A DNA stretch of 50,903 nt from Candidatus Nanopelagicales bacterium (GTDB lineage Bacteria > Actinomycetota > Actinomycetes > S36-B12): positions 1 through 50,903 of the forward strand of contig JBIIAA010000001.1 in the NCBI GenBank assembly GCA_044240165.1, read 5' to 3'. The stretch's first letter is position 1; each line of letters begins with the position of its first letter. The position numbers and the translations under genes are program-made. Positions 1 through 8,636 of this stretch are shown in pieces. The notes below the pieces were generated by a model that saw only the letters and a list, made by a program, of their open reading frames with translations, made no database searches and had not been told where the DNA came from.

Positions 1-1474
1 CACGATCATCAAAACTACGCGGTGCACTCGAACGCTGAGGACGATCGTCATAACTACGAGCCGGACGATCATCACGTGGAGCGCTTGAACGCTGAGGGCG
101 ATCATCGAAGCTACGAGCCGGACGATCATCACGACGAGGCGCACGATCATCAAAACTACGAGGTCCGCGATCATCGCGACGAGGACCGCTTGAGCGACCA
201 CCGGAACGGCCACGATCTCCACCGCCGCCACCACCGAAGCGTGAATTTCCGCGGCCACGTGCTGGTGCTTCGCGAGGTGGGAACCAAGGCTCACCTGATG
301 GCTGGCGTGCACCTGTTACTTCAACAAGGTGCGCATCCATTGGACGAACACGCATAACGATTGGGTCAACGCCAGCACGCGTGGTGAGCGCTGAAACTGC
401 ACGCTGCTGCTTTGGTGCAGCCAGGGTGACAACCGTGCCCGACTCGCCTGCGCGAGCGGTGCGGCCTGCGCGGTGCAAGTAATCCTTTGGATCGCGAGGT
501 GCGTCAATGTGAACAACCAGTGAGATGCCGTCAACGTGAATGCCGCGAGCAGCAACGTCAGTTGCTACCAAGACTGGAGTGGAGCCATTGCGGAAAGCAT
601 CGAGGGTACGCGTGCGCACTGCCTGAGTCTTACCACCATGAAGTGCACCAGCTGCGATGCCTTGTGAGTGCAAGTGATCGGCTAAACGGTCAACACCCAT
701 TTGAGTCTTCGCGAACAAAATTGTGAGTCCTTCACGCGCAGCGATCTGCGTGGTGATTTCTTCTTTGTCCATTGGGTGAACCAACAGCACGTGGTGAGCC
801 ATCGTTTCTACCGAAGCAGATGATGGAGCAAGTGAGTGAGTAACTGGGTTGTTCATGTAAGCCTTGCGCAAGGTGTCGACGTCACCATCGAGAGTTGCAC
901 TGAACAACAAGCGCTGGCTGCCTGGCTTTGTCAGGTCAAGAATCTCGCGCACGATTGGCATGAAGCCCATGTCTGCCATCTGGTCAGCTTCATCGAGCAC
1001 AGTGATTTCAACGCTGCTCAAGTCAACAGACCCGCGATCTGCAAGGTCCATCAAACGACCAGGTGTTGCAACGAGCATGTGCACACCACGATCAAGTGCA
1101 TCAATTTGCTTTGCGTACGGCATGCCGCCCGCGATCAAACGAAGACGAAGTTCTGCAGCATCCGCAATCGGGCGCAAGGTGTCGTTGACCTGCATGGCAA
1201 GTTCACGAGTTGGAACCAAGATCAAGCTCAGCGGCTGACGACGGTGTGCCGTCTTGCCAAGCAGGTTGGTTAGGGCAGCAAGGCCAAAAGCCAAGGTCTT
1301 ACCTGAACCTGTTTGGGCGCGGGCAAGCACATCTCGGCCAGCGATTGCGTCAGGCAGGGTTGCGATCTGAATGGCGAAGGGCTCCATGATTCCCTGACGC
1401 GCAAGCGCGGCAGCGAACTCAGGTGCGACACCAAGATCGGTGAATGACGGATTTACGGCAGGGGAAGTAGGCAC
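1..1474 (-). CDS. DEAD-box ATP-dependent RNA helicase, partial (C-terminal end runs off the left edge of the window)
   Basis: Own minus-strand translation from GTG at 1474 gives VPTSPAVNPSFTDLGV... Motifs present: Walker A AQTGSGKT (~1290-1320), DEAD (complement of gtcagcttcatc, 983-994, in frame), LLFSATL and HRAGRTAR, followed by an Arg/Asp/Gly-rich tail. It is absent from the ORF track because no stop lies inside the window. The + strand ORFs 22..357, 487..726, 836..1273 and 864..1238 are its shadows. Confidence 0.9.
   Translation of the reverse strand, partial: MPTSPAVNPSFTDLGVAPEFAAALARQGIMEPFAIQIATLPDAIAGRDVLARAQTGSGKTLAFGLAALTNLLGKTAHRRQPLSLILVPTRELAMQVNDTLRPIADAAELRLRLIAGGMPYAKQIDALDRGVHMLVATPGRLMDLADRGSVDLSSVEITVLDEADQMADMGFMPIVREILDLTKPGSQRLLFSATLDGDVDTLRKAYMNNPVTHSLAPSSASVETMAHHVLLVHPMDKEEITTQIAAREGLTILFAKTQMGVDRLADHLHSQGIAAGALHGGKTQAVRTRTLDAFRNGSTPVLVATDVAARGIHVDGISLVVHIDAPRDPKDYLHRAGRTARAGESGTVVTLAAPKQQRAVSALTTRAGVDPIVMRVRPMDAHLVEVTGARQPSGEPWFPPREAPARGRGNSRFGGGGGGDRGRSGGRSSGPRRDDRGPRSFDDRAPRRDDRPARSFDDRPQRSSAPRDDRPARSYDDRPQRSSAPRSFDDR
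20..133 (-). repeat. Two tandem 57-nt coding repeats (19-aa unit RDDRPARSFDDRPQRSSAP) in the helicase C-terminal tail, with partial further copies to ~160
   Basis: Positions 20-76 and 77-133 align base for base with a few substitutions. Positions 1-19 recur at 142-160. The period is a multiple of 3 and in frame with the helicase. Confidence 0.8.
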
Positions 1475-1630
1475 AACAACACAACTCTCATTCGAGACGA
1501 ATTTGCGTGTCTCGAATGTGGCGGCGATGGCCGCGAATGATCAAGACTCGCTAGTGAGCAAAAAGCTCCCAGTCGTCGGTGACGACATGATCACGGTACG
1601 CGAGATTGCTCTATAAGCGAAATCCCCTCA

Positions 1631-1676
1631 CAAAAAACGACAATCCCCCTGCCAGCCCGAAGGCCGACAGGGGGAT
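1631..1676 (-). terminator. Rho-independent terminator of the 1689..2138 gene
   Basis: On the minus strand, an AATCCCCCTG...CAGGGGGATT stem with an inner GCC/GGC helix and CGAA loop is followed by TCGTTTTTTGTG. It lies just past the stop at 1689. Confidence 0.7.
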
Positions 1677-1688
1677 TTCAGCGTCGAA

Positions 1689-2138
1689 TTACTCAGCTGC
1701 TGAGAGTTCAATCTTCACGAAGTTCTTGTTCTTCGTGATGCCTGCTGCGGTCACTGCAACTGGTGCGGTCTTGCCAACAGTCACGGTTGCTGCCTTTGCA
1801 GTGTCCACTGCAACTACACCTGAAACGGTGCAAGTGAAGAAGCCTGCGAAGTCGCCGCCTGCGTAAGCAAGGCTGACCTTAGTTACCTTGCCAGCGCCAA
1901 CGACCTTGCCGGACTTGTCCTTGAAGACGATTGGGGTCTTCAAAGTTGCGCCAGCTGCAACGCCATCTTCGGTGACACAAGCAGTCTTCGCTGCTGGAAC
2001 GCCGTCTGATGCCAAGATTGCTGAGTCAACGAGCTTGATCTGAACGTTTACCATTGTTGCTGCCTGAGCTGGAGCTGCAACGAGGGCTGCTGCTGCAACC
2101 ATGCCGACTGCAACTGCACTGAGAACTGTCTTCTTCAT
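1689..2138 (-). CDS. Small secreted protein of unknown function (149 aa)
   Basis: Internal ATG at 2138 is preceded by GGAGGAA (complement of 2141-2147). The N-terminus MKKTVLSAVAVGMVAAAALVAAPAQA is a signal peptide. The longer track ORF (to 2342) adds a non-protein-like leader. Confidence 0.75.
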   Translation of the reverse strand: MKKTVLSAVAVGMVAAAALVAAPAQAATMVNVQIKLVDSAILASDGVPAAKTACVTEDGVAAGATLKTPIVFKDKSGKVVGAGKVTKVSLAYAGGDFAGFFTCTVSGVVAVDTAKAATVTVGKTAPVAVTAAGITKNKNFVKIELSAAE

Positions 2139-2511
2139 GATTCCTCCATTGTTGGCCGCGACGGGGGTCGCTGCCGTTGGTATTACGCCTGTGGCGCGAA
2201 TATATACACCAAATGAACTAAATGGGAAGGGTTCCCAAATCTTTTCCAGATTCCCCCATATGAACGCAGGCTCACTGTTATCAAATTGTGACGAAGGCAA
2301 CGTCAAACCCTGCCCAGAGGGACCGGTTTCCCTTTTCGACATACGCGAGTCGACGACCTCGTCTTTGGAAATCTGCTGAACTTCGAGGTCAAGGCAGCCA
2401 GCTTCGGTCTCTCTACCCAGTTTCTCTGGCTTGGACCTTGGAGTTAAAGGCGCAATAACGCGTGGTGCCGGTTTTGAAGCGGGGTTGAAGTACCGCTAAT
2501 GTTTCGCTCAC

Positions 2512-2585
2512 GCCCCCTTAACTCAGATGGCTAGAGTGCCGCACTTGTAATGCGGATGTCAGGTGTTCGACTCACCTAGGGGGCT
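2512..2585 (+). tRNA. tRNA-Thr (anticodon UGU)
   Basis: Cloverleaf folded by hand: acceptor GCCCCCT/AGGGGGC, anticodon arm CCGCA-CTTGTAA-TGCGG, T arm AGGTG-TTCGACT-CACCT. Length 74 nt, CCA not encoded. Confidence 0.9.
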
Positions 2586-2594
2586 CGTACATAA

Positions 2595-2633
2595 AGAGCA
2601 GGGCACCAAAGACCTTCGGTGCCCTGCTCTTTT
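2595..2633. terminator. Bidirectional rho-independent terminator between tRNA-Thr and the convergent lipoprotein gene
   Basis: A 13-bp perfect stem AGAGCAGGGCACC / GGTGCCCTGCTCT is followed by TTTT on the + strand and TTTAT on the - strand. Confidence 0.75.
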
Positions 2634-2660
2634 GCTGTCTTTTATTGCTTCGCCAACGCG

Positions 2661-3104
2661 CTAGCCAACGAGGCAGCCTTCAGTGAAGAGTGCCTCTGGG
2701 ATCAGCGCATCTGCTGGGTATGGAGCAGGATTCACGTCAAAGTTCACTGTTCCACACACATCTTGCTGCTGCTTTGGAATCCAGAACTGTCCTTCAGCCT
2801 CGAAGATGAAAGGCGAGGGAGCGCCATGCTCGCCATCACCCACGGTTGCACCAACCACTGCCCAGCCATCCGCACATGAAAGCCCGTCCCATGACATCAA
2901 CTCCACGTCTTTAGCAAGACCTGATTCAAGGGTTGGCTCAATTGCCGCTTTGGTGCACTCAGTCATGCCACCGACCATCGATGCTGATGCCGTGGGGGTT
3001 GCGCTGCCTGCCCCTGATGCGTCATCACTACTTGAACAGCCTGTGAGCGCAGTTCCTGCAACAACTACTGCCGCCAGAAGCAAGGCTCCACGTGTGCGAA
3101 TCAT
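2661..3104 (-). CDS. Lipoprotein of unknown function
   Basis: N-terminus MIRTRGALLLAAVVVAGTALTGCSSS contains a lipobox (LTGC). The fully overlapping + ORF 2683..3123 is a shadow. Confidence 0.75.
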   Translation of the reverse strand: MIRTRGALLLAAVVVAGTALTGCSSSDDASGAGSATPTASASMVGGMTECTKAAIEPTLESGLAKDVELMSWDGLSCADGWAVVGATVGDGEHGAPSPFIFEAEGQFWIPKQQQDVCGTVNFDVNPAPYPADALIPEALFTEGCLVG

Positions 3105-3165
3105 TTTTCCTCCATCGAAATAATCGTCAGGTGATGGTTCGAGGGTAACGAATATTCACCCAAAA

Positions 3166-4125
3166 CTAGCGTGAACTGCTGACCGCATGCAGAGCAATAC
3201 CTGCAGCAACCGACGCATTCAGGGATTCGTTTCCAACTGCCATATCGATGCGCACCTGCCAATCGCATGTTTCTGCGACCAGGCGTGAAAGGCCCTTGCC
3301 CTCAGAACCAATCACAATCACGACGGGTTCAGCGAGCACTCGCTTAGGTAAATCAGCGAGGGTGTGCTCGGCTTCAGCAGCCAGCCCAACCACGGTGTAA
3401 CCCTTGCTTTGCAAGGAAATAAGGGCCCGCGTCAGGTTTGTCACCTGAGCGACAGGCACTCTGGCTAACGCGCCAGCCGAGGTCTTCCATGCTCCTGCAG
3501 TGACACCTGCAGAGCGCCGAGCTGGCACCACGATTCCACCTGAACCAAAAGCTGCAGCAGATCGAGCAATCGCTCCAAGGTTGCGTGAGTCAGTGACTCC
3601 ATCAAGTGCAACGAGTAGTGCACTACCGGCGACATCACCGAGTTCCGCGTATTCATAAGGCGGAACAGCAAGGACCATGCCTTGGTGCACTCCACCGTCG
3701 GTCATGCGATCAAGTTCGATTTTGGTTACTTCTAAAACCGGGATGTTTGTGCTGATCGCTCGACGAAGCGACTCGCGCCAACGATCGTCGGCCTCAACCT
3801 TTGTCTGCAAGTACAAGCACTTACCCGGCACTCCTGCACGCAAACCTTCAACGACCGCGTTGCGGCCCATCAGCATGCTGGAGTCTTCGCGCTTAGCTGG
3901 ACGGCGTCCACCTGACGATGAAGAAGATGAGCGAGATGGATTCTCCGCCGCACGATCCTTGGCACCCTTGCGCTTTGCGGCTTGGTGATAAGGACGCTCA
4001 GTTGCCTTAGGCGTTGGGCCTTTGCCCACTAACTGCTTGCGACGTTGCGCGCCGGAACCAACGACTGCGCCTTTCTTCGAACCAGGGTTACGCATCGCCC
4101 CGCGACGCTGTGAATTGCCTGCCAT
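3166..4125 (-). CDS. rlmB: 23S rRNA 2'-O-methyltransferase, SpoU/TrmH family (RlmB-like) with a basic N-terminal extension
   Basis: The C-terminal half resembles the SpoU methylase fold (LVALDGVTDSRNLGAIARSAAAFG, VVIVIGSEGKGLS, ESLNASVAAGIALH). It sits after cysS, as in Mycobacterium. Confidence 0.85.
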   Translation of the reverse strand: MAGNSQRRGAMRNPGSKKGAVVGSGAQRRKQLVGKGPTPKATERPYHQAAKRKGAKDRAAENPSRSSSSSSGGRRPAKREDSSMLMGRNAVVEGLRAGVPGKCLYLQTKVEADDRWRESLRRAISTNIPVLEVTKIELDRMTDGGVHQGMVLAVPPYEYAELGDVAGSALLVALDGVTDSRNLGAIARSAAAFGSGGIVVPARRSAGVTAGAWKTSAGALARVPVAQVTNLTRALISLQSKGYTVVGLAAEAEHTLADLPKRVLAEPVVIVIGSEGKGLSRLVAETCDWQVRIDMAVGNESLNASVAAGIALHAVSSSR

Positions 4126-4163
4126 GATTTGTTACCCCTTGCTAGAAGATCGTGCGTGATGAG

Positions 4164-5558
4164 TTAGTGCTCGAGAGTCCAACGAGCCCCTTGCGGGGTG
4201 TCTTCAATGCGAATTCCCATGGCATCCAAGCCATCACGAATCGCATCCGCTGCTTCAAAGTCTTTACGCCCACGTGCATCTTGGCGTTGTTGAATTAATG
4301 CCTGAACCAAACCGTCGATCACTGTGGTGGTCTGGCTATCTGAGCCTGCGGCGTCTGGCCAATCCTGTGGATGTAATCCAAGGACATCAAGCATGCCAAG
4401 CACCGACGAATACGCAGCGATTACTGCCTCGCGATCTTGATCAGTAAGCGCCGCGTTGCCAGCCCGCACGGTGTCGTGAATGACTGCGCAACCCTGAGCT
4501 ACTGAAAGGTCGTCGTCCATCGCCGCATCAAATTGTGCGGGTCGAGTTGTTACAACCGATTGCGCACCAGCACCAAGAAATTCTGCTGCTCGAGCTAGGA
4601 AGCCTTCAATACGACGAAACGCCTGACCAGCTTCTTGCACTGACGCATCTGAATATTCCAGCATCGATCGGTAGTGCACCGACACCAAGTAGTAGCGCAA
4701 ATCAACCGGACGAATGCGTTTGACTACTTCAGACACCAAGAGCGAATTTCCCAATGATTTACTCATCTTTTCGCCCGCTGTGGTTACCCAAGCGTTATGC
4801 ATCCAGTAGTTAGCAAAGCCACCGCCTGCAGCCTTTGACTGCGCAATTTCGTTTTCATGATGTGGAAAAATCAAATCAAGGCCACCACCGTGAATATCGA
4901 AGTTGGCGCCAAGATATTTCTCTGCCATTGCTGAACATTCAATGTGCCAACCTGGACGACCGTCACCAAAAGGCGTTGGCCACGAAGGTTCCCCAGGCTT
5001 GACTGACTTCCACATTGCGAAGTCGCGAGCATCACGCTTTCCCATGGCTTCTGAGTCCGCAGAAGACACCATCTCGTCAGGGCGCTGTCCGCTAAGGCTG
5101 CCGTAGGACGCAAAAGATTTCACATCGAAATACACATCGCCATTGAGTTCATAAGCGTGACCTGCAGCAATGAGCCGCTGCATCAGCGTCACCATCTCAG
5201 TGATGTGCCCCGTGGCTCGTGGCTCATAGGTTGGCGCCAAACAGCCAAGCACTTCATACGCATCGGCGAAGGCTCGCTCGTTGCGCATGGCCAGAAGCCA
5301 GTACGGCACTGCTTCGTCCTTGGCTTTGTTGATGATTTTGTCGTCGATGTCGGTGACATTGCGAATGAACGTGACGTCATACCCGCGGGCTATCAGCCAA
5401 CGACGCAACACATCGAACGCGACCCCACTGCGAATATGACCAACATGAGGTGGCGCTTGCACTGTCGCGCCGCATAGGTAAATCCCAGCCTTACCCGGCT
5501 CAATGGGAACAAACTCGCGCAGTGAACGCGAGGAAGTGTCATAGAAGGCAATGGTCAC
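4164..5558 (-). CDS. cysS: Cysteine--tRNA ligase
   Basis: Class I signatures are present: PHVGHIRSG (HIGH) and KMSKSLGN (KMSKS). Length is 464 aa. Confidence 0.95.
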   Translation of the reverse strand: MTIAFYDTSSRSLREFVPIEPGKAGIYLCGATVQAPPHVGHIRSGVAFDVLRRWLIARGYDVTFIRNVTDIDDKIINKAKDEAVPYWLLAMRNERAFADAYEVLGCLAPTYEPRATGHITEMVTLMQRLIAAGHAYELNGDVYFDVKSFASYGSLSGQRPDEMVSSADSEAMGKRDARDFAMWKSVKPGEPSWPTPFGDGRPGWHIECSAMAEKYLGANFDIHGGGLDLIFPHHENEIAQSKAAGGGFANYWMHNAWVTTAGEKMSKSLGNSLLVSEVVKRIRPVDLRYYLVSVHYRSMLEYSDASVQEAGQAFRRIEGFLARAAEFLGAGAQSVVTTRPAQFDAAMDDDLSVAQGCAVIHDTVRAGNAALTDQDREAVIAAYSSVLGMLDVLGLHPQDWPDAAGSDSQTTTVIDGLVQALIQQRQDARGRKDFEAADAIRDGLDAMGIRIEDTPQGARWTLEH

Positions 5559-5567
5559 GAGGCAAGG

Positions 5568-6074
5568 CTACCGATCCATCGATAGTGGCGGCGCCAGCAC
5601 AAGTGCGACTGCAATCGCGGCAATGCCTTCGCCTCGCCCAGTTAGGCCTAAACCATCAGTGGTGGTTCCTGACACTCGAATGGGAGCACCCACTGCTTCT
5701 GAGAGCACCTGCTGGGCTTCATCTCGCCGGGTTCCAATTCGCGGACTATTGCCGATGACTTGGACTGAAGCGTTAGCGATGACAAAACCAGCAGCACGCA
5801 CTAATACCGCCACGTGGTTAACCATCGTGATGCCAGAAGCACCGCTCCATTGCGGGTCATTTGTGCCAAAGATTGAGCCAAGATCGCCCAGTCCCGCCGC
5901 AGACAACAAGGCATCACAAAGGGCATGGCAGGCAACGTCAGCGTCTGAATGCCCGGCTAGCCCGGTCACGTCGGGCCAATGCAGGCCGGCCATCCACATC
6001 TGGCGGCCAGCCTCGAAGGCATGGACATCCACCCCCATGCCCACATTCGGCACCGGGAACTCCTGATTAGCCAT
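5568..6074 (-). CDS. ispF: 2-C-methyl-D-erythritol 2,4-cyclodiphosphate synthase
   Basis: Contains [10 protein letters not shown] and the GHSDADV motif. I chose the start at ATG 6074 (MANQEFP...), which overlaps the ispD stop by 8 nt (ATGGCTAA). The longer track ORF would overlap ispD by 92 nt. Confidence 0.9.
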   Translation of the reverse strand: MANQEFPVPNVGMGVDVHAFEAGRQMWMAGLHWPDVTGLAGHSDADVACHALCDALLSAAGLGDLGSIFGTNDPQWSGASGITMVNHVAVLVRAAGFVIANASVQVIGNSPRIGTRRDEAQQVLSEAVGAPIRVSGTTTDGLGLTGRGEGIAAIAVALVLAPPLSMDR

Positions 6075-6780
6075 TGGTCCGCGCTGCCCTTCTTTTGGAT
6101 AGCAGTGCTTCCGCGAGTAACAAATCAATTGGACGGGTAACTTTGAAGGCTTCTTCATGGCCAGGAATTACCCGAACCGCAATTCCTTGGAGTTCCACCA
6201 AACCCGCATCGTCGGTGGTCGCGTCATCGTCCGAAGCGGCGTGGGCGGCTTGCAAAATCTGACGCGAAAATCCTTGAGGGGTTTGCACTGCTCGCAACCA
6301 GTTGCGATCAGGAGTTCCCGTAACGAACCCAGAGCCATCAATTGCCTTGATCGTGTCTGTGACAGCAAGGGCTGGGATAACCGCGTCATGGCCGTTACGG
6401 ACCTCGTGAACTACTGCACTGACAAGTTCACTTGGCACAAAAGGTCGAGCAGCATCGTGAACCAGCACCACGTCTACATCGTCGGGCAACACGAGCAAGG
6501 CTCTGGCTACGGACGCTTGGCGAGTGTCACCGCCGGCAACGACCACGATTTCTGTTCCGCTTTCTTGTTCTGCGAAAAGCGCACGAACCGCATCGACCTC
6601 TGCTTCAGGGGCCGCAATCACAACAAGATCAACAACTCTGGACGAAGCCAAGCAGTGAACCGCATGAACGAGCATCGGAGTTCCACCAATAGCGCGCAAG
6701 GCTTTGGGTACCCCAGCACCCAGACGCTCACCGCGCCCGGCGGCTGGTACCAGGGCCGCAGTGCGCCCTAGGACAGTCAC
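6067..6780 (-). CDS. ispD: 2-C-methyl-D-erythritol 4-phosphate cytidylyltransferase
   Basis: N-terminal [13 protein letters not shown] is the nucleotide-binding motif. Length is 237 aa and it lies between carD and ispF. Confidence 0.9.
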   Translation of the reverse strand: MTVLGRTAALVPAAGRGERLGAGVPKALRAIGGTPMLVHAVHCLASSRVVDLVVIAAPEAEVDAVRALFAEQESGTEIVVVAGGDTRQASVARALLVLPDDVDVVLVHDAARPFVPSELVSAVVHEVRNGHDAVIPALAVTDTIKAIDGSGFVTGTPDRNWLRAVQTPQGFSRQILQAAHAASDDDATTDDAGLVELQGIAVRVIPGHEEAFKVTRPIDLLLAEALLSKRRAARTNG

Positions 6781-6782
6781 GA

Positions 6783-7265
6783 CTAAGAGGCGAGGACCTC
6801 ATCGAGGATGGCCTCAGCCTTAACCTCGTTGGTCTTCTCAGCTAGAGCCAGCTCGCTTACTAAAATTTGACGCGCTTTGGCAAGCATGCGCTTCTCGCCA
6901 GCTGACAAACCACGTTCTTTCTCACGACGCCAAAGGTCGCGAACGACTTCTGCGACTTTGATGACGTCACCAGAAGCAAGCTTTTCCAAGTTTGCCTTGT
7001 AACGACGTGACCAGTTGGTTGGTTCTTCGGTGTAAGGCTGACGAAGCACATTGAAGACTTTGTCGAGTCCTTCAGCGTTTACGACGTCGCGGACACCGAC
7101 GAGGTCGACGTTGTCCGATGGGACGCGAACGGTCAGATCACCTTGTGCGATTCGCAGCACTAAGTACTCGCGATCCTCGCCCTTGACCGTGCGAATCTCC
7201 ATGGCTTCGATAACTGCAGCCCCATGGTGTGGGTAGACGACCGTGTCGCCAACGTTGAAAGCCAT
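6783..7265 (-). CDS. carD: CarD-family RNA polymerase-binding transcription regulator
   Basis: The sequence [37 protein letters not shown]... is typical CarD. The carD-ispD-ispF synteny is conserved. Confidence 0.95.
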   Translation of the reverse strand: MAFNVGDTVVYPHHGAAVIEAMEIRTVKGEDREYLVLRIAQGDLTVRVPSDNVDLVGVRDVVNAEGLDKVFNVLRQPYTEEPTNWSRRYKANLEKLASGDVIKVAEVVRDLWRREKERGLSAGEKRMLAKARQILVSELALAEKTNEVKAEAILDEVLAS

Positions 7266-7340
7266 TGAGTAAAACCCCTTTCGAGACCGCTAAGACTACC
7301 ACGAGAAGACACCAAAAAAACTGGTCGCTACCCTTCCCTT

Positions 7341-7925
7341 GTGACGAACACACAGTTGACCCGACGCCCACTTGCCCGCCGCAGCTCAATTGCCCTCGCA
7401 GTTATGGCTCTAGCCGCCGTTCCAGCCCTCTCAGGCTGCTTCAACGGTCAAGGCGCAACTACGACCGTGCAATCAGGCATGAACTCCGGCGACGGCACCA
7501 TGGCTACGGCTGGCTCGATGAAGGTCGTCAACGTCACCATCGTTATTGGCGAAGGGGTAGGGCCGGCTCAACTCATCGGCAACATCATCAACCAAGGAAC
7601 TGGCCCTGACACCCTCAATAGCATCGAGGTGGCCGGCAAGCTAGTGAACTCCCAGCCGCCAATCGGTGAAATTGCCCCAGCTCAAAGCGTTGCCTTTGGC
7701 TACCAAGATTCCGAAATTAAGGTTCCGGTCCGCGGCCTAGCAGCAGCGATCAGCACCTACGTGCCAGTTACGTTTAATTTCCAAAATGCTGGCACGTTGA
7801 AGATCAGTGTTTTGACTGTTCCTGACACGGGCATCTACGCCGGGATCACCAACACGGTGAAGGTTGAAAACCTGCTTCCTACGCCACTCATGGCCGTCAC
7901 AGAAGCACCCCGGCCGGTTAACTAG
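7341..7925 (+). CDS. Lipoprotein, LpqE-like by position (divergent from carD)
   Basis: GTG start. The signal peptide carries the lipobox LSGC (RRSSIALAVMALAAVPALSGC). Function is unknown. Confidence 0.7.
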   Translation: MTNTQLTRRPLARRSSIALAVMALAAVPALSGCFNGQGATTTVQSGMNSGDGTMATAGSMKVVNVTIVIGEGVGPAQLIGNIINQGTGPDTLNSIEVAGKLVNSQPPIGEIAPAQSVAFGYQDSEIKVPVRGLAAAISTYVPVTFNFQNAGTLKISVLTVPDTGIYAGITNTVKVENLLPTPLMAVTEAPRPVN

Positions 7926-7955
7926 GTCGGGTCGGAGTTTCATTAACTCCGTTGT

Positions 7956-8636
7956 TTAACCCTGGTAGCGGTAGCCAAGACCGCGAACGGTCAACAGGTG
8001 CACGGGGTTAGCGGGATCACTTTCAACCTTGGAACGAAGGCGCTTGACGTGTACATCAAGGGTCTTGGTGTCGCCTACATAGTCGGCGCCCCAAATGCGA
8101 TCAATGAGTTGTGTTCGCGTCATCACTCGACCCGCATTTCGAACAAGAAATTCAAGTAGGTCGAATTCTTTGAGCGGCATTGTGGTTTGTGCGCCGCGGA
8201 TCGTCACAACGTGTCGATCCAAGTCAATGCGAACCGGACCTTCTTCAACCACGGTGGGCAACAAATCTTCAACATCACCATGGCGGCGCAATACTGCTTT
8301 GATACGAGCAAGTAATTCACGCGAAGAAAATGGCTTCGTTACATAGTCGTCTGCACCAAGTTCAAGACCAACCACCTTGTCGACTTCGCCGTCTTTTGCC
8401 GAGAGCATGATGATCGGAACCGATGATTTTGTTCGAATGTGTTTACATACTTCAGTGCCTGACAAGCCCGGCAACATCAGATCAAGCAACAACAAATCAG
8501 CACCGTTACGGTCAAAGAGTTCGATCGCTTTATTGCCATCAGCGGCTACTTCAACTTCATAGCCTTCGCGCTTCAACATGAAGGCAAGTGCCTCAGAAAA
8601 CGATTCCTCGTCTTCCACGATCAATACCTTGGTCAT
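7956..8636 (-). CDS. regX3: OmpR-family response regulator (RegX3-like)
   Basis: The receiver begins MTKVLIVEDEE... and includes LLDLMLPG. A winged-helix C-terminus is present (TLDVHVKRLRSK...VRGLGYR). ATGA overlap with the upstream kinase. Confidence 0.9.
   Translation of the reverse strand: MTKVLIVEDEESFSEALAFMLKREGYEVEVAADGNKAIELFDRNGADLLLLDLMLPGLSGTEVCKHIRTKSSVPIIMLSAKDGEVDKVVGLELGADDYVTKPFSSRELLARIKAVLRRHGDVEDLLPTVVEEGPVRIDLDRHVVTIRGAQTTMPLKEFDLLEFLVRNAGRVMTRTQLIDRIWGADYVGDTKTLDVHVKRLRSKVESDPANPVHLLTVRGLGYRYQG

Noticed and set aside
22-357. His/Asp/Arg-rich 111-aa + strand ORF that looks like a metal-binding repeat protein
   Set aside because: It is the antisense shadow of the helicase C-terminal RDDRP repeat region. 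The minus frame is continuous with a motif-complete DEAD-box helicase.
2683-3123. 146-aa + strand ORF almost exactly mirroring the lipoprotein gene. Similar long antisense ORFs occur elsewhere, for example 5551..6066, 6157..6771, 9879..10310, 20541..21029, 36450..36794, 42006..42548 and 46845..47366.
   Set aside because: These are typical shadow ORFs opposite real genes in GC-biased coding DNA. Their composition is Ser/Arg/Ala/Pro-skewed, and they lack motifs, signal peptides and an RBS.
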